DNA of 64,000 nt from Octopus sinensis. Its lineage: Eukaryota. The DNA is taken from positions 61,876,001 through 61,940,000 of the forward strand of contig NC_043010.1 of NCBI RefSeq assembly GCF_006345805.1, written 5' to 3'. This document shows positions 1 to 12,939 of this stretch, piece after piece (within the stretch, counting starts at the first letter, position 1; the number at the start of each line of letters is the position of its first letter). Made by a program: the position numbers and the translations under genes. Below the pieces are notes generated by a model. The model saw nothing but the letters and a program-made list of their open reading frames with translations, was not told where the DNA came from and made no database searches.

Positions 1-164
1 AGAGACAAGATGGCGGTGGCTGCGAAAGAAGCTGGCGATTATTAAAATGATTCGGTTTAAACTATGTACGCCTGATTTTGCATATGGGCAAAAGTTTGTG
101 TATGTGTGTGTGTTAAAACAAGGAATTTTCACGGGTTTCGCCAATGCCTAGACAAATAGATATA

Positions 165-583
165 CTCTTTTACTTGTTTCAGTCATTTGACTGCGGCCAT
201 GCTGGAGTACCGCCTTTAGTCGAGCCAATCGACCCCAGGACTTTGTAAGCCTAGTACTTATTCTATCGGTCTTTTTTGCTGAACTGCTAGTTACGGGGAC
301 ATACTCACACCAGCATCGGATGTCAAGCGATGTGGGGGGGGGGACAAACACAGACACGTACATACATACATACATACATACATACATACATACATACATA
401 CATACATACATACATACATACGTACGTACGTACATACATATTCAGTTTCCGTCTACCAAATCCACTCACAAGGCATTGGTCGGCCCGAGGTTATAGTAGA
501 AGACACATGCCCAAGGTGTCACGCAGTGGGATTGAACCCGGAACCATGTGGTTGGTAAGCAAGCTTCTTACCACTCCTGCACC
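165..583 (-). mobile_element. tRNA-derived SINE family A (internal microsatellite)
   Basis: Head GGCGCAGGAGTGGCTGTGTGGTAAG with B-box GGTTCAGTCCC; tail GACTGAAACAAGTAAAAGAGTA. Other copies at about 20460-20885, 26253-26665, 30535-30930, 46660-47065 and 51180-51585 (minus) and 42720-43020, 61640-61935 and 63854-64000 (plus), plus many fragments. Confidence 0.85.
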
Positions 584-2412
584 ATATGTGTATGTAAGAT
601 ATATATATATCATATCTTTTACTGTTTCAATCATTGGACCGCGATCTAGCTGGAGCACTGCCTTGAAGGGTTTAGTCGAACAAATCGGCCCCAGGACTTG
701 TTTTTCAAAAGCCCGATACTTATTCTATCGGTTCCTTTTGCCGAATCACTAGGTTACACGAACATAAACACACCAACAGCAGTTGTTAAACGGTTGTGGG
801 GGACAAACACAAACATGCGCATCGACACACACACACACACACATACATATATATATATGCGCACACACACTTTTAGTCGAATGAAGCCAGTACTTGTATT
901 TTTTAAAAACCTGGTACATATTCTATCACTCATTATTACCAGACCGCTGAGTCATGGGGACAGAAAGAAATCGATACCAATTATCAGGAGGTGGTGATGG
1001 ACACAAACACACACACACACGATGAGCTTTTTGTCAGTTTCCGTCTTCCAAATCCGATCACAATGATTTGGTCGTCCTATTATAGTCGACGAGGGATCTA
1101 TTCCATTTGACGGACAGTTTTTTAAAATTAATTTTTTAAAACTGAACGCTTTGAAACTTCGGATACTGGTCGAATATGTCACATAGAACAGGGTTTACTC
1201 TTAACGTTTTTGATAAAATTTTGTATTTTAGAAGTCATTTCGAGTTAAAGTTGTCGTATTTGGGTAATTTTAACCAACGAATGACGTGTATTCAGCTGAA
1301 GAAAATTACTGCTCCAAGAGTTCGCGCAGTGAGACTGAACCCGGCATCATGTGGTTGGGAAGTAAAGTTCTTACCACACAGTCATGTCTAATTTCTATTT
1401 TAATGCAAAAAATTTATAGATTTTTATAACATTGTTGGGTTTTTTGTTTTGTTTTGTTTTTTGATGTTTTTTTTTGTTTCATTAAAAGATTACGGTCATG
1501 TTCGATTTCGATCCTTAGTTACAGTTGCTTAAAGCTTTGCCTTTCATCCATTTGTGGTCAATAAAATAAAGTACCAGTCAAGTACTTGGGTTAGTGTACT
1601 CGACATGTCCCCTCCCCTCAAAATTGTTGGTCTTGAACTCTGCAACAGACCTGCATCCCGTTCTGGAGGAATATTATGATTTTGATTACTTGTAAGCCAA
1701 CGGTGATTGGGTCTTAGGGCTTTAGCAAAAAAAAAAAAAGAAAGAAAAAGATGCATAGAGGGAAGGGCTCGACTCCTAACTTTTTGCTGGGTTTTCGTGA
1801 TTGACGAGAGGAAGTTATCCTCAAACCAGAGTCCTGGCTTAAATACTAACAACAGAGTGGACGTCTATAAGGGTCGTGTTAAACCGAACGATGGGTTAAG
1901 GCTGTCATCCATGTAGGTCACGGTGCGATTCGAACTCAGAAAGCGAAGAGTAGGAACAAATACTAGAAGCATCTTGTACGATGCTTTCATGATACCACCA
2001 TTGTGTTCCCTTAGAGCGGTGCCTTATTGAACGACTTCGAAAGGAGAAAAGAAGGGTTGACTTTTACGAGATTCGAACTCAGAGCTCAAGAAACTAGAAT
2101 CAATAAATACAAAGAAGTTTTGTCCCATGTTCTAACGACTAGGACTGGTTCCAAATTTTGGCACAAAGGAACGCGAAAAATATGAAACGATTTTGAGCAT
2201 TAAAGGTACTGAATTATTAACGAATTGTATTTTTTTAAACATAAATAAGAATCGATTTAAAAAGGTCCATCTTGAATACAACATGGAAATTCAAAAATCT
2301 TTAACAGATATAATGTCGTTGACATACAACTAATAAACATGCAACGCCGCCAGTCGGCAGGTCGGCGAGCAACTACAGATAAGCGCGCCCGTTTCATGAA
2401 GACAGTCTAAAC

Positions 2413-2613
2413 CAGTGCTTTTCAAACTTTTTGCTAGAGCGGAACCCCAAAGAAACATTCCACTGGCTCGAGGAACCCCTGTGCAATAATTTAATAGTCT
2501 TATGCACGCATATCTGCACAGGAGAATAAAAAATTACTGCCGATTTTAGCAGTTTTGTAACTCCTTGCGGAACCCCTGGACTGTACTGGCGGAACCCTGG
2601 TTGAAAACCACTG
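2413..2613. mobile_element. hAT (Charlie-like) MITE with 8-bp TSD
   Basis: TIRs CAGTGCTTTTCAAAC / GTTGAAAACCACTG with a perfect TSD gtctaaac at 2405-2412 and 2614-2621. Confidence 0.85.
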
Positions 2614-3192
2614 GTCTAAACGATCTTTACTTATAATGTGCACTCATTGCCCACTTACAGTTAGCTGACATTTTTTTTTAATTTAGCACCCATAATGGCT
2701 ATCCCGATACTAAGAAATGCCAAGACTATTTAAAATTTGGTTTTATATCAAAACTTGTCAATAAAACAATGCCTATGTGCCTGTTATTTGGAAGAAAAAC
2801 TTTCATTAATGATGCCATGAAGTCTGTAAAGATGAAAGGCAATCTCGAACGGGTTTACGCTGATAAAACTAAAAAAATTCGTTATGTAGTTTCATTAAAC
2901 TTCTTTGAATATCTCTAATCAAAAAGCGGTTGTAGCATCAAGAAAAAAAAGTAATTATTGTTTTTAAATCAAGAATTTTAAAAATTAATTATACTTAATT
3001 TTATTTTAGAAATTTACATGACTGAGGTCGATAAGTTAACGATTCCATGAAGGAACGGCCAATCCCTGGCGAATAATATCGCTCCTGACATGGACTTTGG
3101 TCTTCAATGAAGATATTTTCACTTTCTTTCTAACACGGCTATCGTTTCCCGATGATATAATGTGAACACTTCGTTTCTGCGTTCCTTCTTAA

Positions 3193-3592
3193 TCTCTCTC
3201 TATATAAAACTGAAGTTGTCTGTGTGTGGCAGGTTTGGTAGCCTTCAACTAACACTATCTCCTCCGAAACCCTGCGGCACAAGTTGACCAAAATTGGGAG
3301 TATTATAGAAGAAGGCTTGCTCTTCCTTCTGTAGAAAATAAAATTCAAATCGGACCATGTTAACACCAAAAATTATTTACATTAAAAATGTGCTTTTTTT
3401 CTATGAAAATCCCTATTTTTTTAACGATTTTTTGACTGCTGTGTCGCCATTTTTCGGTGTATTTCAACCAGAAAAATGTTCACTTAAAGAGAATAACAAG
3501 CTACATAATGCAAAGTTTTTACTTTTCAAAAATTCCAATTCTAAAGGGTCGAAAAGAAAACAAACCCCAGCAACGCCGGGCAATACTGCTAG
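3193..3592 (+). mobile_element. Non-autonomous Helitron, subfamily D1
   Basis: 5' TC after A, 3' GC-rich hairpin CCC(C/G)AGCAACGCCGGG then CTAG, followed by T (A|T target). Sister at about 41533-41939. Confidence 0.8.
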
Positions 3593-5138
3593 TATGTTTA
3601 TACAACCGAATCTTCCTCGACGAACTAAGGTAAAACGTCAGCATTCTAGACGTATCCCCATTGCATTTGTTTCATTCACATACGCGTGAAGTCATAGCAC
3701 CGACAACCTTTTGAGTGGTGCAGTCTCAGCGATTAAGTATCTCAGATAAACTAAGACTGTTTAAGAAATGTTGACGGGGTGTCTATCTACTATGCAGTTC
3801 CTTGGCATTCATTTAACTGTTCCATCTTGTTATATTTCCCCAGTTCACTATTCGTCGTCATCGTCGACATCGTCACCATCTTCTTCTTCTTCTTCTTCTT
3901 CTTGTCAGCAGCAATACCGCCGTCGTCGTCATCGTAATCATCTTCATCGTCGTTTAATGTTCAGTTCATGCTCCATGGGCGAGACATTTTGACTGGAGCC
4001 GATAGACTCGAAGTCTGCTCCATGCTCCAGTCATCAGCTTTAACATGGTCTCTATGGCCGGATGTCCTTCAAACGCCAACCACTTTACAGCCGATACTGG
4101 GTGCTAGATCCATGGCACCAGCACTAGTGAGGTTGCTGCCATGCAGTCCGCAAAGTTAAGATCCGCTTAGACTGATTGCGGCTACTGTAGAGAGGGAGAC
4201 AGCTTTATGCTTTAAGAGGGGTTAGAGAGTAAGAAAAGGGGCTAGAACAGAACAGGTTTTATGGAGCAGGGTAGCCACACGACTACTCACATTTTAGAAG
4301 AAAGAGAGTGGCCAGGCTGGAGCCGGAAAGAAATAAAAATGAAGGAAGCGAAGGCAGAAGTGCCGGAAGTGTGGGTCGGTGGCCGGGTGGGGACATCGAG
4401 GACTCTGAAGAGTTTGCTTTCCCACAACATTTCTGAAACGGTTTTTATTTCGTGGCGACATTCAAAGTGACAACGGCTGACTATTTCGTTCCTTTGTTCC
4501 TGGTCGTTTTATACATCAGCCACTTAAGATGACAAGCCCTTGTTCTCAGTCGATTATATCGATCCCCACCCTCTTATTTCGGTCAAGTGCTTCTTTTATC
4601 GATTTCTATTTATCGAATGATTAAGTTTTACTTCTTGACATAGTAAACATACACATACACACACGCACACGCACACACACACGCGCGCATACACACATTC
4701 ATACGTATGTGCGGTCGTACATATATAGTTACATGATATTGTCATTACATAAGTACATACATACACATATACATATACACACATGTTTATGTATTTATAT
4801 GTGTATGTATATATATATCCATAAAAAAAAGGATCAAAGCTTCTTCTTGAGCCCTAGGCTCATAAAACCAGTTTCCCGGATTCTGTGGCCATTATGTTCC
4901 ACTCCCCTCTGGACGGAACACCGGTCAGTCGCAGAGTGACTCATTTTTGCCAGCTGAGTGGACTGCAGCAATGTGAAATAAAGTGTTTTGCTTAAGAACA
5001 CAACGCATCACCCAGTTCAAGGATCGAACCCGCAATCTTATGATCCTCAGAGCAGCACCCTAACCACTAAACCACGCTCCTCTACATGCATATATACACA
5101 TAATGAATGCGCATATATGAATGTGTGTGTATATATAT

Positions 5139-5169
<31 letters not shown>

Positions 5170-5197
5170 CATATATCAGGGTAATAAAGAATTTTTA

Positions 5198-5512
5198 GAA
5201 ATTTTGGATCTTTTCGCTTTGACCGGCAGATTTTAAAAATAATTTCTTTGTAACTAAACACTTTTAAATTTCGTATACTGGTAGAATGTGTTTATAAAAC
5301 ACCTCAATAGACGTCATTGATTGGTTGAAATTGTCGAAATGCAAGAAATTTAACAACAAATAGCTTACAAACTACAGAATTTTCTCAAGAAAGCCAAGAG
5401 TAAAAAGATGTTTTATAAACACATTCTACCAGTATACGAAGTTTAAAATTTTTTAGTTACAAAGAAATTATTTTAAAAATTTGCCGGTCAAAGCGAAAAG
5501 ATCCGAAATTTC
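5198..5512. mobile_element. MITE with about 105-bp TIRs
   Basis: 5198-5302 is the reverse complement of about 5408-5512. Solo TIR fragments at about 1095-1175 and 7055-7140. Confidence 0.75.
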
Positions 5513-6779
5513 CACTACCAGTGGCCGAGCGTAGGAGAAACTTAAATTTTTTTTGGAGGCTGCTCCAAAAATGTAAAGCGGAAATCAATTATAGAAAAAT
5601 TTAATATATCTATAAAGAGGATACCGTCGAGGGCCGCCGGAAGAATACTTGAGGGCTGCAAGTGGCTCAGAGAGCCGTGGTTGAGAATCGCTGATCTTAA
5701 CAGTAAGCAGTAAATATATATAGTCACCAAATATATGTTACTGTTATATCATAGTTTATCTACGACTGCAAGAGAGGAACAAAGTCTTATTTGAACCAAG
5801 AAAGTAGCCTCTATGTGGTCACAAAATCTGTGGAAAATAACAGCCGTAACGTCTTTATAAAAGAAACACACTAGATAATGTTGTCCTGTTTCTACCTGTT
5901 GGAATATAAAACGAAAATGGTGACAGCTGGATTGCATTTGATTAAAAGTTCTGTCTGATTAGAAGTGATTTGGTGCTAAACAATACGCAAACATCAATCG
6001 AAGTTCAATAATGTGTTTAGAAGCTAGAGAATGAACGGAAAACATTATAGTACAACGACACCAGTGATAATTCAAGATGGCTATCACTTTGAATCGTATC
6101 GAAAAACAATAACGTGAAACTAGAATTAAGGACGGCGTAAAATCTCAATGGCTTTTATTATTAAATCCTGCTGAAGTCAGCTTTGTTTGTCATCCCTTTT
6201 TTTAGAATGTCGCGAGGGGTGTTGGTTGTTTGCTACGGTTGCATTGGTGAATGAAAATATGTTTCTTGGTCGTGTGAAAAAACAACTTAAGTAACACCCG
6301 CGAACGTTTAACCGAAGCAGTTATTGTTGCACGTAAAAACAATTTGTGTTGGCCATTTACAGTGAACAATAGCAATAACTGCAGACTGGGTGATAGATAT
6401 TGCTCTGAGAACACAGAGAGTTATCATGCAACATGCAGTTAACCCAACATATCTGAAATCAGCTGCGCTATCTTCGTGACGGCCGTCTATGTTGGCCGTC
6501 TGACTCTAAACTCTACGCCAAACGATTTCTTTTTTTATAGAGGACCGGAAACCAAATTCTAGGTTTGTGAAAACCCTGCAACACCATCGCCTCACGCTGA
6601 TTGGCGGGTTAATAAACCGATGATGTGAAACTATGGTGATTTTCTCGTAATGTCTGACCACGTATCCAGCGATCCGGTTTCGAATCACCGCTACAAATTG
6701 TTAGAGCGTCGAACAAAACATTCTGCAGTATTTCTTTCGGTGTTTTACTCCACTAAAAATGGTGGATCTTAGCGTAAAC

Positions 6780-7030
6780 CGGACGGAGAAGATTTTCTCA
6801 CTTCAACTCCATACGTCCAAATCACAATGATAATAGTGCAGACCCCAAACCAGGAACTGTTACTCCTACTTGTGACTTCAACACCAGAGGAGGTCTCGAC
6901 CACAATTCATAGCGAAGCTGGTACTACAAAAGACAATGGACAGCGATTGATCGAGCTTTGCATGCCCACGGATTCTGTATCACCAACGGCTACCTCTAAA
7001 CCAAAACTCAGAACGGATTACCTTGGCGAG
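6780..7030 (+). mobile_element. APE endonuclease remnant of an RTE-like LINE
   Basis: CDFNTRGG ... DNGQRLIELC ... CITNG across frameshifts. Confidence 0.55.
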
Positions 7031-8287
7031 TTCTCCTTTCTAAACAATGACACAAACATTCTACCAGTGTCCGAAGTTTGAAAGTGTTTAGTTACAAGAA
7101 ATTATTTTTTAAATCTGTCGGTCAAAAGGTAAAGATCCCCAACTTGTTCAGAGAATCATAAAACAACGCCATTTGAAACCGTGTGCCCGTGACTCGATCG
7201 TTTAGGAGTGTCGGCAGCTACGTCGATGTCTCTCTTATTTGAATTGGTTTTGAGGAGAAAGAACGTAATTCTTTGATTTATAAGATTTATGTATGGGGCT
7301 CTTCAGGGCGATCACCATATTTAGAAGACTAAACATTTCCAGGGATTGGTGAGAATTAACTTTAAAACTGCAAATCAGAGCGAATACACACACACACACA
7401 CACACACATACACAGCCGTCATAATACATTACATTTATACATACACACACACATGCATACATACATGCACACATACACACACACATACACACACACATAC
7501 ACACATACACACATACACACATACATACATACATACATACATACATACATACATACATGCATACATACACACATACACACATACATACATACATATATAC
7601 ATACATACACACATACATACACACATATATACATACATACACACATACATACACACATATATACATACATGTTATTTAAAGTAATGGAACTGTAGTGAAG
7701 TTAAACTGTTACATCATAAAGAGGCAGATATATATTCATAAATACACACACACACAAATGTACATACATACTTAATATGAAGGAAGTTGATGATAATAAT
7801 GGCGGCGGTTTGATGGTTGGATCAGACGAAACAACATAGAGGAATCTATTGCAACATTCTTTTGATACACAGCTCCAGTTAGCCAGACCAGAAGATCAAA
7901 CACTGACACAGTCACACTTCGATGCAAACAACGTCCTGGGCGACCATCTAACAAACTTCACTGTGGATTTAATTCATGATGTACAAAGTGTTGTCGTCTG
8001 TATTTCACCGCCAAAATCCCCTCTCTATAACACTGCAAGAAATCCATTGATAATTTTATTACCGCTCGAAGATATTTGCCTCAATTGATACCCGTTCATA
8101 AAAGAATTTTTTTTTTTATCAATTAATTAGAGAACTGTTAAAATAAAGTATTAAATAAATGACTGTATGGAGTTACTGATGTTGGTATTCCGAGATAGTT
8201 ATGTATAAAAAGTTTTCTAGATAGATGTGTCAAGCTGTACACACACTACATAATGCCCATATTGGTAAAGTGTTACTTTCATATGTG

Positions 8288-8323
<36 letters not shown>

Positions 8324-8459
8324 ATGTATACATAAGATCTGTCTTCATATCTGGGTATCGTCAGCTACATCTACAAGTACAGTGGTTCCCAACCTGTGGT
8401 CCTCGGATCCCTGGTGATCCACAAAGATAGTACTGGGGTCCGTGAACTAAATTCAAAAC

Positions 8460-8537
<78 letters not shown>

Positions 8538-8620
8538 GGTCCCGGGTTGATTCGGGGTTAACCACAGTAAATAAGGTACTCAATACATAGCAGAGTAAAA
8601 TTAATTATTATATAGAAGAA

Positions 8621-8669
8621 GCTTCTACAGGACTAGAACTGTTTCATTCAAGAGAAATCTTCAGGAAGC
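8621..8669 (-). ncRNA. Type I hammerhead ribozyme, family P2
   Basis: GCTTC-CTGAAGA...GAAA-CAG...CTG-TA-GAAGC on the minus strand. Confidence 0.78.
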
Positions 8670-8716
8670 ATCCTGAAGATTTCTCTTGAATGAAACAGTT
8701 CTAGTCCTGTAGAAGC
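8668..8716 (+). ncRNA. Type I hammerhead ribozyme, family P2 (inverted partner)
   Basis: Same core. Stem I (GCATC/GAAGC) has one mismatch at the inversion junction. Confidence 0.7.
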
Positions 8717-8733
8717 TCCTTCTATATAATAAT

Positions 8734-8798
<65 letters not shown>

Positions 8799-9394
8799 CC
8801 CTTTTGTCCAGCCTTCGCCATGTTAGATCGCTAGTCACTACACATTCTTAATTAAATAAGTACCAGTTACGCACTGGGGTCGATATAATCGACTTAATCC
8901 CTTTGTCTGTCCTTGTTTGTCCCCTCTGTGCTTAGCTCCTTGTGGTAATAAAGAAATAGGTATATATAAAACCATAACTCAACAACACACATACTCATGA
9001 TTGACAATCTAACATACATAGAAATATCAGTTTGATAATTAGAAATCGTTGGAGAAGGTTACAGTTGTGTGAGGAAAATTTGATGGCAAATTCTGCAACA
9101 ATAAAACTAAAAGTGAAGTGAACTACAACCAGTGCATGTATTTATTGGCCAAATGACCGTCCTAAATTACAGGAATCACAGTTTCATAATTCATGTAAAA
9201 TACTTCCAAAAACTGTTCGTGCGTGTGTGTGAGTATATATGCGTGTGTTTATGTGTATGTGTGTGTGTATGGGTGGATGGGTATGTGTATATATATGTAT
9301 ATGTATGTACGCACATGCAAACGAACGTACATGTGGTCCTCGGATCCCTGGTGATCCACAAAGATAGTACTGGGGTCCGTGAACTAAATTCTAA

Positions 9395-9755
9395 TGTTAG
9401 CACGCCGGGCGAAATGCTTAGCGGTATTTCGTCTGCCGTTACGTTCTGTGTTCAAATTCCGCCGTGGTCGACTTTGCCTTTCATCCTTTCAGGGTCGATA
9501 AATTAAGTACCAGTTACGCACTGGAGGTCGATGTAATCGACTTAATCCGTTTGTCTGTCCTTGTTTGTCCTTGTGGGTAGTAAAGAAATGGGTATTTCGT
9601 CTGTCGCTGCGTTCTGAGTTCAAATTCCGCCAAGGTCGACTTTGCCTTTCATCCTTTCGGGGTCGATAAATTAAGTACCAGTTGCATACTGGGGTCGATC
9701 TAACTGACTGCCCCCCCCCACAAAAAAATTTCGGGCCTTGTCCTAGAGTAGAAAA
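9395..9755 (+). mobile_element. SINE family B, tandem dimer
   Basis: Two consecutive bodies homologous to the 21034 copy. Confidence 0.8.
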
Positions 9756-10446
9756 GAAATGTTAGATTATTATTGCTGTTGCGTTAGTATCAGGAAGAGA
9801 ATCCAGGTTAGGACTAAGACATCAAATATTATTTTACTCCTTTTATCAGTAATTCCGAGGAGTTATCATTATTGCTGTTCTCATTCGTAAAAGTCCGTCT
9901 AATTTGTGTTGAAATTTCTATTCGAAAGCAAAACAATCAATATCGCCGTCTTACATTAATATGGCGTAGTTTGGCGGTTTAATGGAAGAACAGATGTTTC
10001 TTCGAGTTGCATTTCTATCCGTCCATATGTTCTGGTGGCATTCTTTGTTAGGTTTCTCTGTTGAAATTATGTTTTTTTGTTTTTTGAAATTGTCAGCTAA
10101 AATCTACACAAATTGTACTGGCAATGGCTACACTATCATTAAATACCATCATGTTATTTCTTTTTATTTACTAGTTAATTGCTACTGTTGCTGTCATTGT
10201 TATTGTTTCTGCTGTTGTTGTATTCCCAGGGTCGACCAACGCTTGACGAGTGTATCTCACAGACGGAAACTGTGCAGAAGCTCGCATAAACTTATGTGCG
10301 TATGCATGCATGCATGCATGTATGTATGCATGCATGTATATATGTATGCATGCATGTATATATATGTGTGTATATGCGTGGATGTATATGTGCATGCATA
10401 TATGTATATGTGTGTATGTATGTATGTATATATGTATGAGTATGTA

Positions 10447-10479
<33 letters not shown>

Positions 10480-10553
10480 ATATATATATATATACATACA
10501 CACACACACCACACACACACACCACACACACACACACACCACACACACACGTA

Positions 10554-11005
10554 CAGACATGCAGGAAGTAAATGGACACCTTTAATTTTCAAAATTTCTG
10601 CTCTAAGCGTCTTAATATGTTTTCTTTTCCATTCCAGGTGCCATAATATTTAACACTTGCGAAGAGTAGCCATGCTACGCACAAAAAAATTCAGCAGAAA
10701 TTGAGGCTGGTCTTAACCAGCGAAAAATTGCCGAAAATCTTCAAATTCCTCTTGCTACTGTTAATAGAATTACAGTGCAATTCAAAAGCCAAGGAAAAGA
10801 ATCAACAGATTCTCGTCCCAGCCGACCTGGGCCCTCAGAAAGGAAGCTTCGCTGTTTGAAGAGAATTGTGGAAAACGAAACCCGTTCGAAGGCTTCTGAC
10901 ATTGCAAAACAGCTGGAAGTTGGTCCAAGAACCTGTGTTACATATCTGCATAAGCTTGGATATTATGGGCGAACAGCTAGAAGAAAACCTCTCCTTCAAC
11001 CAATT
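10554..11005 (+). mobile_element. Tc1-family transposon 5' fragment (TIR + N-terminal HTH of transposase, frameshifted, truncated)
   Basis: TA|CAG start. Reads ...LNQRKIAENLQIPLATVNRI...YLHKLGYYGRTARRKPLL, a Tc1 paired-like HTH with the ARRKP motif. Confidence 0.8.
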
Positions 11006-11242
11006 AATAATAACAACAACAACAACAGCATCGAATAATACCTTAGGAATGAGAACCCAGGTTCGAAACTTCTCCAAGACACTTGAAAGCGAGAGAGTAA
11101 ATCAGCCGAAATTTTGTGTTAACAACAAACAAGATGAGGACAGACATCTGTTAAATGTAAATAATGTAAATAATGTATATCATTCTATATGTATGTGTGT
11201 GTGTGTGTAGGCATGTAGGTATGTATGTGTATGTTGTTGTTG

Positions 11243-11289
<47 letters not shown>

Positions 11290-11843
11290 GAGTGAGAGAG
11301 CAGTTCATGCCATCAAAGTGACACTGGGGTAAAATATACGAAGCCCAATATACCCATCATGACTACCCGTCTGATAAAGGTACACCAGGCACATGCATCA
11401 CAACCATATGTGCGCGACATGGTGGTCTCATATCAAGATAAACAGCACATGACCTTGTAGGTGGAGCCCAGTTAGAATTTTCTTCAGGTCGAGTAGCCCA
11501 TCCCGCTCAAACGGTCCCTGAATAAGGGTTGTTTAAGGATGTTGAAAGAACCACCCATGTTTCCAGAGGTGAACTATTCAAACCCCAAAGAATCCCTCTC
11601 AACACATGGCTATGATGCTCCCCCACTACTTCTGCTCGTGATCAGAGATGCACATATCGTCAGCCACTAAGAGACATGCTCAACTGGTTAAGGTCAAACA
11701 ACTGACAAGCAAATCTGTGGTATTGAGCAGAATATTTGCTGTAGCCCATCTTTTATACTAAGACAAAACAATGTACATGATAACACTTCCAATCAGTTAA
11801 GATTAGAAGCCATGACAGCCACTGCCTGGTACTGCATCAGGGC

Positions 11844-11847
<4 letters not shown>
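11290..11847 (-). mobile_element. Non-coding (TAA)n-flanked element, family C
   Basis: About 560 bp bounded by (ATT)n on both sides; homologous to 49682-50188. Confidence 0.8.
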
Positions 11848-11904
<57 letters not shown>

Positions 11905-11908
<4 letters not shown>

Positions 11909-11980
11909 TCACTGCTTTGGAATCGAACCCGGAATCTTGGGGTTAGTAGCCCCCGCTCTTAACCACTACGACATATGCCC
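11905..11980 (-). mobile_element. tRNA-like SINE head followed by (AAT)n
   Basis: GGGCATATGTCGTAGTGGTTAAGAGC...GGGTTCGATTCC has A- and B-boxes and an anticodon-like stem-loop, but no proper acceptor stem. Confidence 0.55.
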
Positions 11981-12058
11981 GTAGTTATGGGTATATGGCG
12001 TAGTGTAAATAATGTAAATAATGTACATTATTCCTCATCTCTCAAATGCAGAACTGTA

Positions 12059-12289
12059 GAATGATATGATTGCAGAGACTCGCATACAGGACTACAATGT
12101 TCTGTATCAAAGATACGATGATCGCCGCGCTTCTTCAGCTGTTGCAAGTCAGGTTCTCTTAGCACCATCAATTACAAACACGTGTTTTATGGTTCCGGAC
12201 TTGTGACAGCTGTAGAAGTGCAGCGATCATCATATCTTTGATACAGAAACTTAATGTCCTGTACGTGAGCCTCCATAATTCTATCATTC
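12059..12289. repeat. Diverged foldback (about 95-bp arms, about 40-bp spacer)
   Basis: 12059-12153 pairs with 12195-12289; mismatches are mostly transitions. Confidence 0.7.
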
Positions 12290-12423
12290 AATAACTATAG
12301 TCTTCCGTTCCCACCGATATTGATATCTATATTGTCGTCATATGTGGTTTGTCAATATTTTTATACATATGTGTGCGTATATATAAATATACACACAAAC
12401 GCACACACCAATATTTTTATGTA

Positions 12424-12477
<54 letters not shown>

Positions 12478-12904
12478 TCAGAAATGACAAGGTATATATG
12501 CTGGTCATTGACACCGTAACTAAGTTAGAGAATTTGAAATCTTTGAAATGGTCGCAGCTGTGTGTGGTACAATTGATTTAATACTAAAACTGAAGTCTGT
12601 GCGTGTGTGTGTGTGTATGTGTCTGTGTGATTGTGTATATGTATGTGTACGCATGTATGTGTTTGTACATATGAGTGCATGTATGTATGAAGATGTGTAT
12701 GTATTTAGCTGTTTATGTGAATGCGCCTATATGCATGTTTGTGTGTATGTATTTGGATATGTGTATGTGTATGTCTTTATAGTGTGTAGGTATGTGTGTA
12801 CGTATGTACGTATGTATGTATGAATATATGTACATGGGTATGGGTGCATGTATGAGAGAGAGAGGAGAGAGAGGGAGAGACAGAAGGAGAAAGAGAGACA
12901 GATG

Positions 12905-12939
<35 letters not shown>

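Larger units (their letters stand above)
8535..8730. mobile_element. Penelope-like pLTR remnant P2: minus copy with about 80-bp tail plus short inverted partner, inside (TA)n
   Basis: Two hammerheads head-to-head. The tail GTAGGTCCCGGGTTGATTCGGGG... is shared with 14011-14080. (TA)n lies on both sides. Confidence 0.7.

Noticed and set aside
11905-11980. Functional tRNA gene
   Set aside because: The acceptor stem is absent, the anticodon would be an atypical ACT, and it runs into (AAT)n; treated as a SINE head.
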